A stretch of 63,875 nucleotides of DNA, filler included, from an uncultured Gemmatimonadota bacterium (GTDB lineage Bacteria > Blakebacterota > Blakebacteria > Blakebacterales > Blakebacteraceae), in the NCBI GenBank assembly GCA_964576115.1. It is 8 parts of 8 records of this genome, joined end to end, with 100 filler letters (N's around TTAATTAATTAA, not from the genome) between each part and the next. Parts side by side here need not be neighbours in the genome. Positions count along the whole stretch, not along the records: positions 28,923 to 37,280 come from CAZNUA010000091.1; positions 37,381 to 45,681 come from CAZNUA010000092.1; 6 more parts are not named here. One strand, 5' to 3'. A program made the position numbers and the translations under genes. Shown here piece after piece: positions 28,923-39,308 of this stretch. Position 1 is the stretch's first letter; each line of letters opens with the position of its first letter. The notes beneath the pieces are model-generated. The model was not told the DNA's origin. It ran no database searches and saw only the letters and a program-made list of their open reading frames with translations.

Positions 28923-31012
28923 GCCGTGGCCGGCGGCCTGATCGAGGGCGGGCAGCAGGGCTCATACCCCTTCGACGACACCGACGTGTACAAGACCATC
29001 GAGGGGGCCTCCTACTCCCTGATGGCCCGGCCCGATCCGGCGCTGGAGGCCTATCTGGACTCGGTCATCGCCCTGATCGGCGCGGCCCAGGAACCGGACG
29101 GCTACCTCTACACAGCCCGCACCAACAATTCGCGCCGCCTGCGCCGCTGGTTCGGGTCCGAGCGCTGGGAGCGTCTGAGCGGCAGTCACGAACTCTACAA
29201 CGCCGGTCATCTCTACGAGGCCGCCTCGGCCCACTTCCTGGCCACGGGCAAACGGAACCTGCTCGACATCGCCCTGAAGAACGCCGAACTGCTCGACACC
29301 GTGTTCGGTCCCGGCCTCAACGAGGAACCACCTGGCCACCAGGTGATCGAGATGGGCCTGGTGCGGCTCTGCCGGGTCACCGGTGATGAGCGCTGGCTGC
29401 GGCTGGCGAAGCACTTTCTCGACGTGCGCGGCCGGTCGCTGGGCGGCCGGGAGTTGTGGGGGGAGTACAACCAGGACCACGCCCCCGTGACCGAGCAGAC
29501 CGAAGCCGTCGGACACGCCGTGCGGGCGTCGTACATGTACGCCGGCATGGCCGACGTGGCCGCCCTGACCGGAGATCGATCCTACATCGAGGCGATCGAC
29601 CGGCTGTGGGAGAACGTGGCCGGGGGCAAGCTCTACCTGACCGGCGGGATCGGCGCTACCGGGGGCAACGAGGGCTTCGGGCCGAGTTACGCCCTGCCCA
29701 ACATGAGCGCCTACTGCGAGACCTGCGCCTCGATCGGAAACATCTACTGGAACCACCGCATGTTCCTGCTCCACGGCGAGGGTAAATACATCGACGTGAT
29801 GGAGCGGACTCTCTACAACGCCCTGCTCTCGGGGATCTCGCTCGAAGGGGACACCTTCTTTTACCCCAACCCCCTCGAGAGCGTGGGCCAGCACGCCCGC
29901 ACTCCCTGGTTCAACTGCGCCTGCTGCACCGGCAACGTGACCCGCTTCATCGCCTCGGTGCCGGGTTATGTCTACGCCACCCGCGGCTCGTCGGTCTATG
30001 TCAACCTCTTCGCCGCCGGCGAGGCCCGGCTCGCCCTGCCGCGCGGGTCGGTGCGTCTGACCCAGGAGACCCGCTATCCCTGGCAGGGACGGGTGACGAT
30101 CACCGTCGATCCCGGCGAGAACCGGTCGCAGTGCCTGACCCTTTACGTCCGTATCCCGGGCTGGGCGGGGGGCGAGGCGATCGCGGGCGACCTCTATCGC
30201 TTTACCGATACCGGCGGGAACGGGGAGGAACCGGTTCTGACCGTTCAGGGACGGCGGGTGCCGTTGCGGGTGCGTGACGGCTACGTGCGCCTGCGTCGCC
30301 GCTGGCGGCGGGGCGATACCGTCACGCTGGATCTGCCGATGCCGGTACGCCGGATCGCGGCCCACGATTCGCTCGCGGCCGACCGGGGCCGGGTGGCCCT
30401 GCAGCGGGGTCCCCTGGTATATGCCGTGGAGTGGCCCGATGTGGAGGGGGGGAGCGTGCGCAACCTTCAGCTGCCCGATGAAGCCGACCTCACGACCCGG
30501 TTCCGACCCGATCTGCTCGCGGGGGTGCAGACCATCGAGGGCCGGGCCCGGGCCTGGTACCGCGACAGCGACGGCAGCCGGTACGCCGAAGAGGTTCCCT
30601 TTGCGGCCATCCCTTACTACGCCTGGGCCCACCGCGGCCGGGGCGAGATGGCGGTCTGGCTGGCCCGTGAGGAGTCCGCGGCCCGAGCGCGCGNNNNNNN
30701 NNNNNNNNNNNNNNNNNNNNNNNNNNNNNNNNNNNNNNNNNNNNNNNNNNNNNNNNNNNNNNNNNNNNNNNNNNNNNNNNNNNNNNNNNNNNNCGGGGCG
30801 AGATGGCGGTCTGGCTGGCCCGTGAGGAGTCCGCGGCCCGAGCGCGCGAGGCCGGTCGCTGGCGACCGGTCTGGACCGGACAGACCTGGGGCACCGAGAT
30901 CGACGCCTGGAACACGGTCATTTTCGAGACGGTCCGCACCGACGCGGTGCGCCTGGAAATCACCGCCCGGTCCGGCTGGGCCGGCGGAGTGCACGAATGG
31001 AGGGTCAGGTGA
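28923..31012 (+). CDS. GH127 beta-L-arabinofuranosidase family, 5' truncated, spanning scaffold gap 30694-30793
   Basis: FDDTDVYK, HELY, GHAVR, NEGF, YCETCAS and CACC (Zn/Cys). Collapsing the 55-nt duplicated gap flanks gives an in-frame join ending at TGA 31010-31012. Confidence 0.88.
30639..30848. other. 100-N scaffold gap flanked by an identical 55-nt duplication (assembly artefact)
   Basis: 30639-30693 is identical to 30794-30848. Confidence 0.9.
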
Positions 31013-33123
31013 TGAGCCACCGGACTTCTTTCCCCTGCCGTGTCTCCTCTCTCTCCTTCTTCCTCTGTATCTCGGGTACCCTCATCCTGCTCGCCGCCTG
31101 CACGCGGGTTCCCCGGGAGGGTTACCCCATCACGCCGGTGCCCTTCGCCGCGGTCGAGGTGCACGACGATTTCTGGTCGCCGCGTCTGGAGACCAACGCC
31201 GCTGTGACCCTCGATCACGTCCTCGATCAGTGCGAGGAGACCGGCCGGCTGGCCAATTTCGACGCCGCGGCGGCGATGATCAGAGCCGGCCGCACGACCG
31301 CGGCCGGACCGGCCGCCACCGATGCCGCTGCCATTCCGGGGACGGTGACCGTGGGGCACCAGGGCTATTTCTTCAACGACTCCGATGTGTACAAGATCAT
31401 CGAGGGGGCGGCCAACTCGCTGCGCCTGTACCCCGATCCCGGCCTGCAGGCCCGGGTGCAGGAGATCGTGAACCGGATCGCGACGGCCCAGGAACCCGAC
31501 GGCTACCTCTACACCGCCCGCACCGCCATGACCCCCAATCACCTCCCCCCCGGGGGCGTCGAGCGCTGGTCGGATGTGCAGTGGGGACACGAGCTATACT
31601 GCGCCGGGCACCTGTACGAAGGGGCGGTGGCCTGGCACGAGGCCACCGGCGACCGGACCCTGCTCGAGGTCGCGGTGCGCAACGCCGACCTGATCGATGC
31701 CGTCTTCGGGCCCGACGGACGGCGCTATCCGCCGGGGCACGAGCAGATCGAGATGGGGCTGGTGCGGCTCTGGCGGGCCACCGGCACCGAACGCTACCGC
31801 GATCTGGCCGCCTTCTTCATCGCCGCCCGGGGCGACTCGACCGGTCACCCTCTCTACGGCGAGTACGCCCAGGACCACAGACCGGTCTCGGAGCAGACCG
31901 GGGCCGTCGGACATGCCGTACGGGCGGCCTACCTCTACTCGGGCCTGGCCGATGTGGCGGTTGTGACCGGCAGGGCCGACTACCTGCAGGCCCTGGACCG
32001 GATCTGGACCGATGCGGTGAGTACCAAACTGTACGTCACCGGCGGGATCGGCGCCACCGGGGGCAACGAGGGCTTCAGTCACCCGTACGTGCTGCCCAAC
32101 GAGAGCGCCTACTGCGAGACCTGCGCCTCGATCGCCAACGCCATGTGGAACCACCGCCTGTTCCTGCTCAAAGGTGAGGCCCGCTATCTCGACGTGCTCG
32201 AGCGGACCGTCTATAACGCCTTTCTGTCCGGGATCTCGCTCACCGGCGATCGCTTCTTCTATCCCAACCGGCTGGCGTCAGCTGAAGGCGCCGAGCGCTC
32301 GGCCTGGTTCAACTGCGCCTGCTGCCCCTCCAACGTGGTGCGCTTTCTGCCCGCCCTGCCCGGTTATGTCTACGCCCACGCCGGCGACAAGCTCTACGTC
32401 AACCTCTTCGTTGCCTCCACCGCCACCGTCCCCCTCGCGGGAGGCCCGGTCGGGATCACCCAGCAAAGCCGCTACCCGTGGAACGGGGTCATCACCGTGC
32501 GGCCCGTGCCGGCCGAGGCGGGACAGCGCTTCACCCTCAACCTCCGCTGCCCCGGCTGGGCACAGAACGAGGCGGTCCCGAGCGATCTCTACCGCTTCAC
32601 CGACATCTTCGAGGTCGAGCTGGCCCTGTTCGTCAACGGCGAGCGGCAGCCCCTGCGTCTGCGCCGCGGTTTCATCCGCATTCAGCGGGCCTGGCATGAG
32701 GGCGACGAGGTCAAACTGCTGCTGCCGATGCCGATACGCCGGATCACCGCTCACCAGGCGGTCGAAGCCGACCGCGGCCGGGTGGCCCTGCAGCAGGGGC
32801 CGATCGTCTACTGCCTGGAGGCGGTCGATACCGACAACATCACCGTCGGCGATTTCGTCCTGCCCCCCGAAGCCGGCCTGAGATCGGAGTTCGTGGTCGA
32901 CCTGCTGGGCGGGGCGCAGGTCATCCACGGCCGGGGTCTCTCGACCCGCCGGGGGATAGACGGCACCACCATCGAGGAGCGCCCGGTGGCCTTCACGGCC
33001 ATCCCCTATCATCTCTGGGCCCACCGCAGCCGACTGCCGATGCAGGTCTGGCTGGCCGCCTCACCCGGCGCGGCCGAGCCGCTGTCAGCCACGGCCGACT
33101 CCACGACGGGAAACCACCACTGA
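31012..33123 (+). CDS. GH127 beta-L-arabinofuranosidase family, lipoprotein
   Basis: TGATG overlap with the previous gene; lipobox LAAC; FNDSDVYK, HELY, GHAVR, YCETCAS and CACCPSN. Confidence 0.92.
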   Translation: MSHRTSFPCRVSSLSFFLCISGTLILLAACTRVPREGYPITPVPFAAVEVHDDFWSPRLETNAAVTLDHVLDQCEETGRLANFDAAAAMIRAGRTTAAGPAATDAAAIPGTVTVGHQGYFFNDSDVYKIIEGAANSLRLYPDPGLQARVQEIVNRIATAQEPDGYLYTARTAMTPNHLPPGGVERWSDVQWGHELYCAGHLYEGAVAWHEATGDRTLLEVAVRNADLIDAVFGPDGRRYPPGHEQIEMGLVRLWRATGTERYRDLAAFFIAARGDSTGHPLYGEYAQDHRPVSEQTGAVGHAVRAAYLYSGLADVAVVTGRADYLQALDRIWTDAVSTKLYVTGGIGATGGNEGFSHPYVLPNESAYCETCASIANAMWNHRLFLLKGEARYLDVLERTVYNAFLSGISLTGDRFFYPNRLASAEGAERSAWFNCACCPSNVVRFLPALPGYVYAHAGDKLYVNLFVASTATVPLAGGPVGITQQSRYPWNGVITVRPVPAEAGQRFTLNLRCPGWAQNEAVPSDLYRFTDIFEVELALFVNGERQPLRLRRGFIRIQRAWHEGDEVKLLLPMPIRRITAHQAVEADRGRVALQQGPIVYCLEAVDTDNITVGDFVLPPEAGLRSEFVVDLLGGAQVIHGRGLSTRRGIDGTTIEERPVAFTAIPYHLWAHRSRLPMQVWLAASPGAAEPLSATADSTTGNHH

Positions 33124-33145
33124 CCGATCAGGTAAGGAGAGAAGG

Positions 33146-34645
33146 ATGAGGACACCTATCGTACCACTCGCCGCGGGCGCCCTCCTGCTCGTGGCGGGAA
33201 CCCTCCTGCTCGTCCCGGCTCCTGCCGCAGCCCAGCAGCCCCTCTTCGACGAGTGGTTCGAGGACGCCACCATGCGGGTGGACTTCCACCAGACCGGCAA
33301 CGCCGAGGAGTTCTTCTTCTCGATCGACCAGATGTACCGACAGGGCCGCTGGGCGGGCAACCCCCGCCGCCCGGTGGACGATTTCAACAGCGGCATGTAC
33401 TACGTCAAGGTCTACAGCCTGGCTTCGAACCGGCTCATCTATGCCCGTGGTTTCCAGACCCTGTTCGGCGAGTACCAGACCACCGATCCGGCCCTGGACG
33501 GCGTCATGCGTTCCTACCTGCAGACCGCCCTCATCCCCTGGCCGAAAGCGGCCGTGCGCTTCGTGATCGAAGGCCGGGGGCCGGGCAATGTGCTGGTGCC
33601 GCTCTTCACCGCCCGCATCGATCCCGACGATGTAAACATCGTCCGTGAGCCGCCCGGTGAGGAGATCGATGTGTTCGAGATCGAAATCGGCGGGGACTGT
33701 CACGACATGGTCGACTTCGTCCTGGTGGCCGAGGGGTACACCGCGGCCGAGAAGGAGAAGTTCCGGGCCGATGCGGCCCGCATGGCCGAGGTCCTCTTCT
33801 CCTCCGAGCCTTTTGCCGGCCACCGTTCGCTATTCAACATCCACGCCGTCTTCGTCCCCAGCACCGATTCGGGAGTCGACGAACCTCGCCGCGGCATCTT
33901 CCGCCGCACCACGCTGGACGGCTCCTTCAACGCCCTCGATCTGGACCGCTACCTGCTGATCGACAACCTGCGGGCCATGCGCGACGTGGCCGGAGCGGCC
34001 CCCTATGACGTCCTCGGGGTGCTGGTCAACTCGACCCGCTACGGCGGCGGGGGGATTTACGGCGACTACTTCGTCACCACCGTCGACAATCAGCGTAGCG
34101 AGTACGTGTTCATGCACGAACTGGGCCACCACTTCGCCAACCTGGCCGACGAGTATTTCACCGCGACCGTCAGCTACAACGAGTTCTTCCCCGAGGGGCA
34201 GGAACCGCACGAGCCGAACATCACCCGCCTGCTCGATCCCGACAACGTGAAGTGGAAGCACCTGCTCACTCCCGGCACCCCCGTCCCCACCCCCTGGGGA
34301 CAGGACGAGATCGCCGCGCTGGAAGCCCGGGCCGGCGAACTGCGCCGGGAGATGCGGACCGAACTGGCCCGGCTGGAGGAGAGCGGGGCTTCGGAGCGCG
34401 AGGTGGAGAGGGCCCGGCAGACCTGGCGCGACCGGATCGATGAGGTCATGACGGAAGCGGCCGGGGTGCGGCGGCACTACCAGGAACTGTATGCGGGCAA
34501 GATCGGCGTCTTCGAGGGCGCCGGGTACAGCGCCAGGGGTATCTACCGCTCCGAGATCCATGTGGGGATGTTCCACGAGGGCTCGTACGGGCCGGTCAGC
34601 GAGGAAGCGATCCGGCTCATTATCGAGCACCTGACCGGGCGGTGA
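33146..34645 (+). CDS. Peptidase M64 (IgA peptidase family) metallopeptidase, secreted
   Basis: FEDATMRVDF N-terminal domain, AEGYT, YGGGGIY, HELGH...LADEY zinc motif, EPNIT and FEGAGY; AAGGAG RBS. Confidence 0.88.
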   Translation: MRTPIVPLAAGALLLVAGTLLLVPAPAAAQQPLFDEWFEDATMRVDFHQTGNAEEFFFSIDQMYRQGRWAGNPRRPVDDFNSGMYYVKVYSLASNRLIYARGFQTLFGEYQTTDPALDGVMRSYLQTALIPWPKAAVRFVIEGRGPGNVLVPLFTARIDPDDVNIVREPPGEEIDVFEIEIGGDCHDMVDFVLVAEGYTAAEKEKFRADAARMAEVLFSSEPFAGHRSLFNIHAVFVPSTDSGVDEPRRGIFRRTTLDGSFNALDLDRYLLIDNLRAMRDVAGAAPYDVLGVLVNSTRYGGGGIYGDYFVTTVDNQRSEYVFMHELGHHFANLADEYFTATVSYNEFFPEGQEPHEPNITRLLDPDNVKWKHLLTPGTPVPTPWGQDEIAALEARAGELRREMRTELARLEESGASEREVERARQTWRDRIDEVMTEAAGVRRHYQELYAGKIGVFEGAGYSARGIYRSEIHVGMFHEGSYGPVSEEAIRLIIEHLTGR

Positions 34646-34720
34646 CCTTCCCGGTCTTCAGACCAGCCCGCTGAGAGAAAGAGACGCACCGGACCCTCCG
34701 GTCCGGAAGGGAGAACAGTG

Positions 34721-37280
34721 ATGTCCGCCAGTCGCATGAAGACCGCCCACCGGCTCAGCCTATCCGCCGGGTTTCTGACCGCCGGGTGCCTGATCGCCGC
34801 CCTGCTGCTGCTCGACGCCTGCAGCAGTGAACCCGAGGACACCTCGGGCGTCCTGCCCAATCCCTCCTTCGAGGCCGTCGGCGAGCGGGGACCGGAGGGG
34901 TGGCGGGCCCGGCGGTGGGGGGGCCGCCGACAGCAGAGCGATTTCGACCACGCCACCGAGGCCCGGACCGGAGAGCGGAGCGTCTGGCTGGCTTCTGAGT
35001 CCGGAGCCGATATCTCCTGGTCGGCCACGGTCGTGGTCCGGCCCTTTTCGCACTACCGTCTCTCGGGATGGATCCGGACCGAGGAGGTCGAACCGGGCAC
35101 CGGCGCCGGAGCACTGCTGAACCTGCACGGACTGACCGCGGCCCGTTCAGAGGCCGTGACCGGCACCCGCGAATGGACCGAGGTCGCCTTCGAGTTCGAC
35201 ACCGGCGCCAACGACGCCGTGCAGGTCAACTGCCTCTTCGGAGGTTGGGGCACGGCTACGGGTCAGGCCTGGTACGACGACCTCGAACTCGAACTGCTCG
35301 AGACGACCGAACCGGAACCGGCCGTGACGATCGCGGCCGACACCGAGGGGCATCCGGTGAATCCCTACATCTACGGCCAGTTCATCGAGCACCTGGGACG
35401 CTGCATCTACGGCGGCATCTGGGCCGAGATGTTGACCGACCGCAAGTTCTGGTACGTGCCGGGCTCAGAGGAATCGCCCTGGAGCGTGGTGGGCGGCGAC
35501 CGGGTCATGCGTCTGGAGCAGACCGACTCCTTCGTGGGCGAGCAGACCCCGGTCATCACACCGGCCGGTGACGGTACCCCGGCCGGGCTCTCCCACGGCG
35601 GCCTGGCGCTGCAGCGGGGACGGGACTATGTGGGCCGGGTGGTGCTGGCCGCCGGGCCGGGGATCGGCGATGTCCTGGTGAGCCTGGTCTGGGGCGAGGA
35701 AGCGGACCAGCGCCAGACGGTCACCGTCTCCGGAGCGGGCCCGGGGTACGTCACCACCCCCCTGCACTTCAGAGCCGGAGCCGGCACCGATTCCGGGCGG
35801 CTCGAGATCACGGCCGCGGGACGGGGCGAACTCTCGATCGGCACCACCTCGCTCATGCCGGCCGACAACATCGAGGGCTTCCGGGCCGACACCCTGGAAC
35901 TGCTGCGAGAGCTGAACGCCCCCGTCTACCGCTGGCCGGGGGGCAACTTCGTGAGCGGTTATGACTGGCGCGACGGCATCGGCGNNNNNNNNNNNNNNNN
36001 NNNNNNNNNNNNNNNNNNNNNNNNNNNNNNNNNNNNNNNNNNNNNNNNNNNNNNNNNNNNNNNNNNNNNNNNNNNNNNNNNNNNCGCTGGCCGGGGGGCA
36101 ACTTCGTGAGCGGTTATGACTGGCGCGACGGCATCGGCGATCCCGACCACCGCCCCCCGCGCAAGAACCCCGCCTGGCAGGGGATCGAGCACAACGACGT
36201 CGGCCTGCACGAGTTCCTGCGCTTCTGCGAACTGCTCGACACCGAGCCTTACATCACCGTCAATACCGGCCTGGGCACGGTCGAGAGCGCGGCCGAGGAG
36301 GTGGAGTACTGCAACGGATCGACCGCCACCCCCCAGGGGGTTCTGCGGGCCGGCAACGGCCACCCCGAACCCTTCAGGGTGACGTGGTGGGCGATCGGGA
36401 ACGAGATGTACGGCGGCTGGCAGCTGGGACACATGCCCCTGGAAGAGTACGTCCGCAAACACAACCGGGTAGTCGAGGCGATGCGGCGGCGCGATGACGA
36501 GATCATCGTGGTGGCGGTCGGAGCGGTGGGGAGCTGGTCGGAGCTGACCCTGCGCGAGTGCGCCGACCACATGGACTACATCAGCGAGCACTTCTACGTA
36601 CAGGAGCGCCCCGGTCTGCTGGGGCACACCGCCTGGGCGGCCGAACGGGTCCGCGAGATCGCCGAGGCTCACCGGGAGTACCGCCGCGAAATACCAGGCC
36701 TGGTCGAACGGAACATTCTCATCGCTCTGGACGAGTGGAACTACTGGTACGGGCCCTACCTCTACGGCGAATTAGGTGTCCGGTACTTCCTCAAGGATGC
36801 CCTCGGGATCGCCCGCGGCCTGCACGAGTTCACCCGTCAGAGCGACATCTACGTCATGGCCAACTACGCCCAGACGGTGAACGTGATCGGGGCCATCAAG
36901 ACCACTCCGACCGAAGCCGCCTTCGCCACCACCGGGCTGGTCCTGACCCTTTACCGCAACCACTACGGTTCGATCCCGGTCGAGGTCAGCGGGGACATGC
37001 GCCCTCTTGATGTGGTCGCGGCCTGGACCGATGACCGCAGCGCCCTGACCGTGGCGGTCATCAACCCGACCCGCGAGCGGGTGCGCCTGCCGGTGACCTT
37101 CTCCGGCTTCGAACCGGCGGGCCGAGCCCGGCACTGGCTCATCACCGGCCCCGATCCGCAGGCCTACAACGAGCCGGGCGGGCAGATGCAGGTTGAAATC
37201 ACTGAAACGGCCCGGGCCCGCTTCGGAGCCCGGCTGCAGCTGGCGCCGATGAGCGTGAACCTCTACCGGCTCGAGCCGCG
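34721..37280 (+). CDS. GH51 alpha-L-arabinofuranosidase with N-terminal CBM4/9-like module, lipoprotein; spans gap 35985-36084 and runs off the contig end
   Basis: LDAC lipobox, NPSFE, YGQFIEHLGRCIYGGIW, RWPGGNF, GNEMYG (acid/base), DEWN (nucleophile) and AQTVNV. The two ORF-track pieces join once the 55-nt duplication is collapsed. Confidence 0.9.
35930..36139. other. 100-N scaffold gap flanked by an identical 55-nt duplication (assembly artefact)
   Basis: 35930-35984 is identical to 36085-36139. Confidence 0.9.
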
Positions 37281-37380
37281 NNNNNNNNNNNNNNNNNNNN
37301 NNNNNNNNNNNNNNNNNNNNNNNNTTAATTAATTAANNNNNNNNNNNNNNNNNNNNNNNNNNNNNNNNNNNNNNNNNNNN
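37281..37380. other. Artificial contig spacer
   Basis: 44N-TTAATTAATTAA-44N. Confidence 0.98.
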
Positions 37381-37435
37381 TTTCCGCCTCGGGAACCACG
37401 CTCGTGTCCATCCGGAGTTTCCGGATGGACACGAT

Positions 37436-38011
37436 CTAACCGAAAAACAGATACTTGAGCCAGAGCACCATCGTCACAGCGAGCACTCCCAGCACACCCT
37501 GTTGCTCACGGTTGGCCCGGGCCCGGCTGAAACGAAAATCGGCCGCGATCTCAGCCGGGACGAAGCGGCGCGGCACAAAGCGCGGCACCCGCTCGGCCCA
37601 GTCCCGATAGGCCGGACCGAAACGGTGCGCCATTTTCTCCTCTTCGCGCACCACGGTGCGACGGTACAGCAGCAGAAAGAAAACGAGCATACCAGCGCCC
37701 AGGATGAGGTGCCAGGCCATGATGATGAAACCGAGACCGATCAGAAACGAACCGGTGTAAAGCGGGTGCCGGAGGTGGGAATAGATCCCCCAGGTAGTCA
37801 GTTCGCGGTCCTTGATCAGGGCCCCGTTGGCCAGTACGCGGAGCCCCTCCCCGAGCACGACCAGAGGCAGTCCGGCGAGGATGCTTCCCGGGCTCGGGCG
37901 TGCCAGCACGAGCAGCAGAACCGCGGCGGCATACCCCCAGGCCACCCGCCAGCGGCCGGCGGTGAGCCGGCTCGGGAGGCAGGACGGCTTTCCCGCGGCC
38001 GGTTCAGGCAT
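37436..38011 (-). CDS. Isoprenylcysteine carboxylmethyltransferase / PEMT family membrane methyltransferase
   Basis: LTTWGIYSHLRHPLYTG, REEE..FG..Y and VPRF; several TM segments; ATG overlaps the NUDIX gene end. Confidence 0.85.
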   Translation of the reverse strand: MPEPAAGKPSCLPSRLTAGRWRVAWGYAAAVLLLVLARPSPGSILAGLPLVVLGEGLRVLANGALIKDRELTTWGIYSHLRHPLYTGSFLIGLGFIIMAWHLILGAGMLVFFLLLYRRTVVREEEKMAHRFGPAYRDWAERVPRFVPRRFVPAEIAADFRFSRARANREQQGVLGVLAVTMVLWLKYLFFG

Positions 38012-38489
38012 CGTCACCGGACCGGGCGGAGTCTCTGCGGCGCAGAAAATCGGCGATGATGGCACTGTGGTCGAAGACGATCTCCGTGTCCGGGGGAAGT
38101 GAGTCGAGGGGAAAGATGCGAGCCCGGGCGGCATCGTCCCCGGCTTCGAGAACCCCCCGGCCGCGGGCGGTGAAGACGGTCGAGATGGTGTGAAAGCGGG
38201 GATCGCGGTCGGGCGTGGAGTACACGCCGAAGAGCTCCAGATCGTCGAGTTCGAGACCGGTCTCCTCGGCCATCTCGCGTCGGACGGCGGCAGTGACCTC
38301 TTCGCCGTAATCCACGAAACCGCCCGGCAGAGCCCACCCGACCGGGACGTTGCGTCGCCAGATCAGCACCAGGCCTTCCCGGCCGTCGTCGGCCGGCATC
38401 GAAATCAGACAGTCGGCGGTGGGAAAGGGGTTGCGGCGGATCGGGATCTCGGCTCCGCACCGGGGACAGTGCAGATGGTCTTTCTTCAT
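38004..38489 (-). CDS. NUDIX hydrolase (ADP-ribose pyrophosphatase-like)
   Basis: Nudix box GGFVDYGE...RREMAEETGL; RDPRFH; AGDDA; N-terminal CPRC. Confidence 0.92.
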   Translation of the reverse strand: MKKDHLHCPRCGAEIPIRRNPFPTADCLISMPADDGREGLVLIWRRNVPVGWALPGGFVDYGEEVTAAVRREMAEETGLELDDLELFGVYSTPDRDPRFHTISTVFTARGRGVLEAGDDAARARIFPLDSLPPDTEIVFDHSAIIADFLRRRDSARSGDDA

Positions 38490-38514
38490 AACGTCACCTT
38501 CTCTCAGATATGCC

Positions 38515-39222
38515 TCACTGCCACCAGACGATGCGCTGGCGCCGGGGTCTGTAGCGCAGCCAGATACGGGCCAGCAGAACCCCCATCAGGAAACCGCCGA
38601 CGTGAGCCCAGAAGGCGGTCCCGCTCCCCCCCCCGACCAGAGCGCCGAGACCGCCGAAGATCTGCAGTCCGAACCAGATGGCCAGGAACCAGTAGGCGGG
38701 GATTTCGATCATGGTGATGATGAAGAAGACCACCAGGGTCAGCACCCGCGCCCGCGGGAACATGATGATATAGGCTCCCAGCACCCCCGAGATCGCTCCC
38801 GACGCTCCTATCATCGGAGCCGGCGAACGCAGGTTGAAGAGAATGTGCAGGAGCGCTCCCGCCAGACCGCAGAGCAGGTAGAAGCCGAGGAAAGGGACGT
38901 GCCCGATCTCATCTTCGATATTATCGGCGAAGATGTAGAGAAAAAGCATGTTCATGCCGATGTGAGTGATACTGCCGTGGACGAACATGCTCGAAAAGAG
39001 GGTCAGCACCGCCGCCAGGAAGCCCTGCCCCGATCCGAAGACGGCATCGACGATGACCACCGGCCGGGCGCCGAAGCGGTAGACCAGCATCTGCCACTCG
39101 GGAGAGCGCTGCAGCAATCCGAACATCACCTCAATGGCAAAGACGAAAATATTGAGGGTCAGCAGGACCCAGACCACGTGGGGGGTCCGTTCGGTCGGAT
39201 TATTATCGCGCAGAGGTATCAC
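38515..39222 (-). CDS. Rhomboid family intramembrane serine protease
   Basis: (M)IPLRDNNP start, SMFVHGS..HIGMNM, GASGA (Ser) and AHVGG (His). Confidence 0.92.
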   Translation of the reverse strand: MIPLRDNNPTERTPHVVWVLLTLNIFVFAIEVMFGLLQRSPEWQMLVYRFGARPVVIVDAVFGSGQGFLAAVLTLFSSMFVHGSITHIGMNMLFLYIFADNIEDEIGHVPFLGFYLLCGLAGALLHILFNLRSPAPMIGASGAISGVLGAYIIMFPRARVLTLVVFFIITMIEIPAYWFLAIWFGLQIFGGLGALVGGGSGTAFWAHVGGFLMGVLLARIWLRYRPRRQRIVWWQ

Positions 39223-39308
39223 AACCCGCGCAGGATACGTCCTGTCCCCACCCCAGCCCAACGGAAAATGGCGTTGTTGGCCCTTCCGGTCGCACCTACA
39301 CTGCCGCC

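Noticed and set aside
28926..32177. 1083-aa ORF suggesting a giant GH127 fusion
   Set aside because: It reads through the N gap into the wrong frame. The real gene ends at 31012 and a second GH127 starts there.
35930..36139. Apparent frameshift, split GH51 or 55-nt direct repeat
   Set aside because: Identical 55-nt flanks around exactly 100 N indicate an assembler overlap. Collapsing them restores one continuous GH51, so this is not a pseudogene or target-site duplication.
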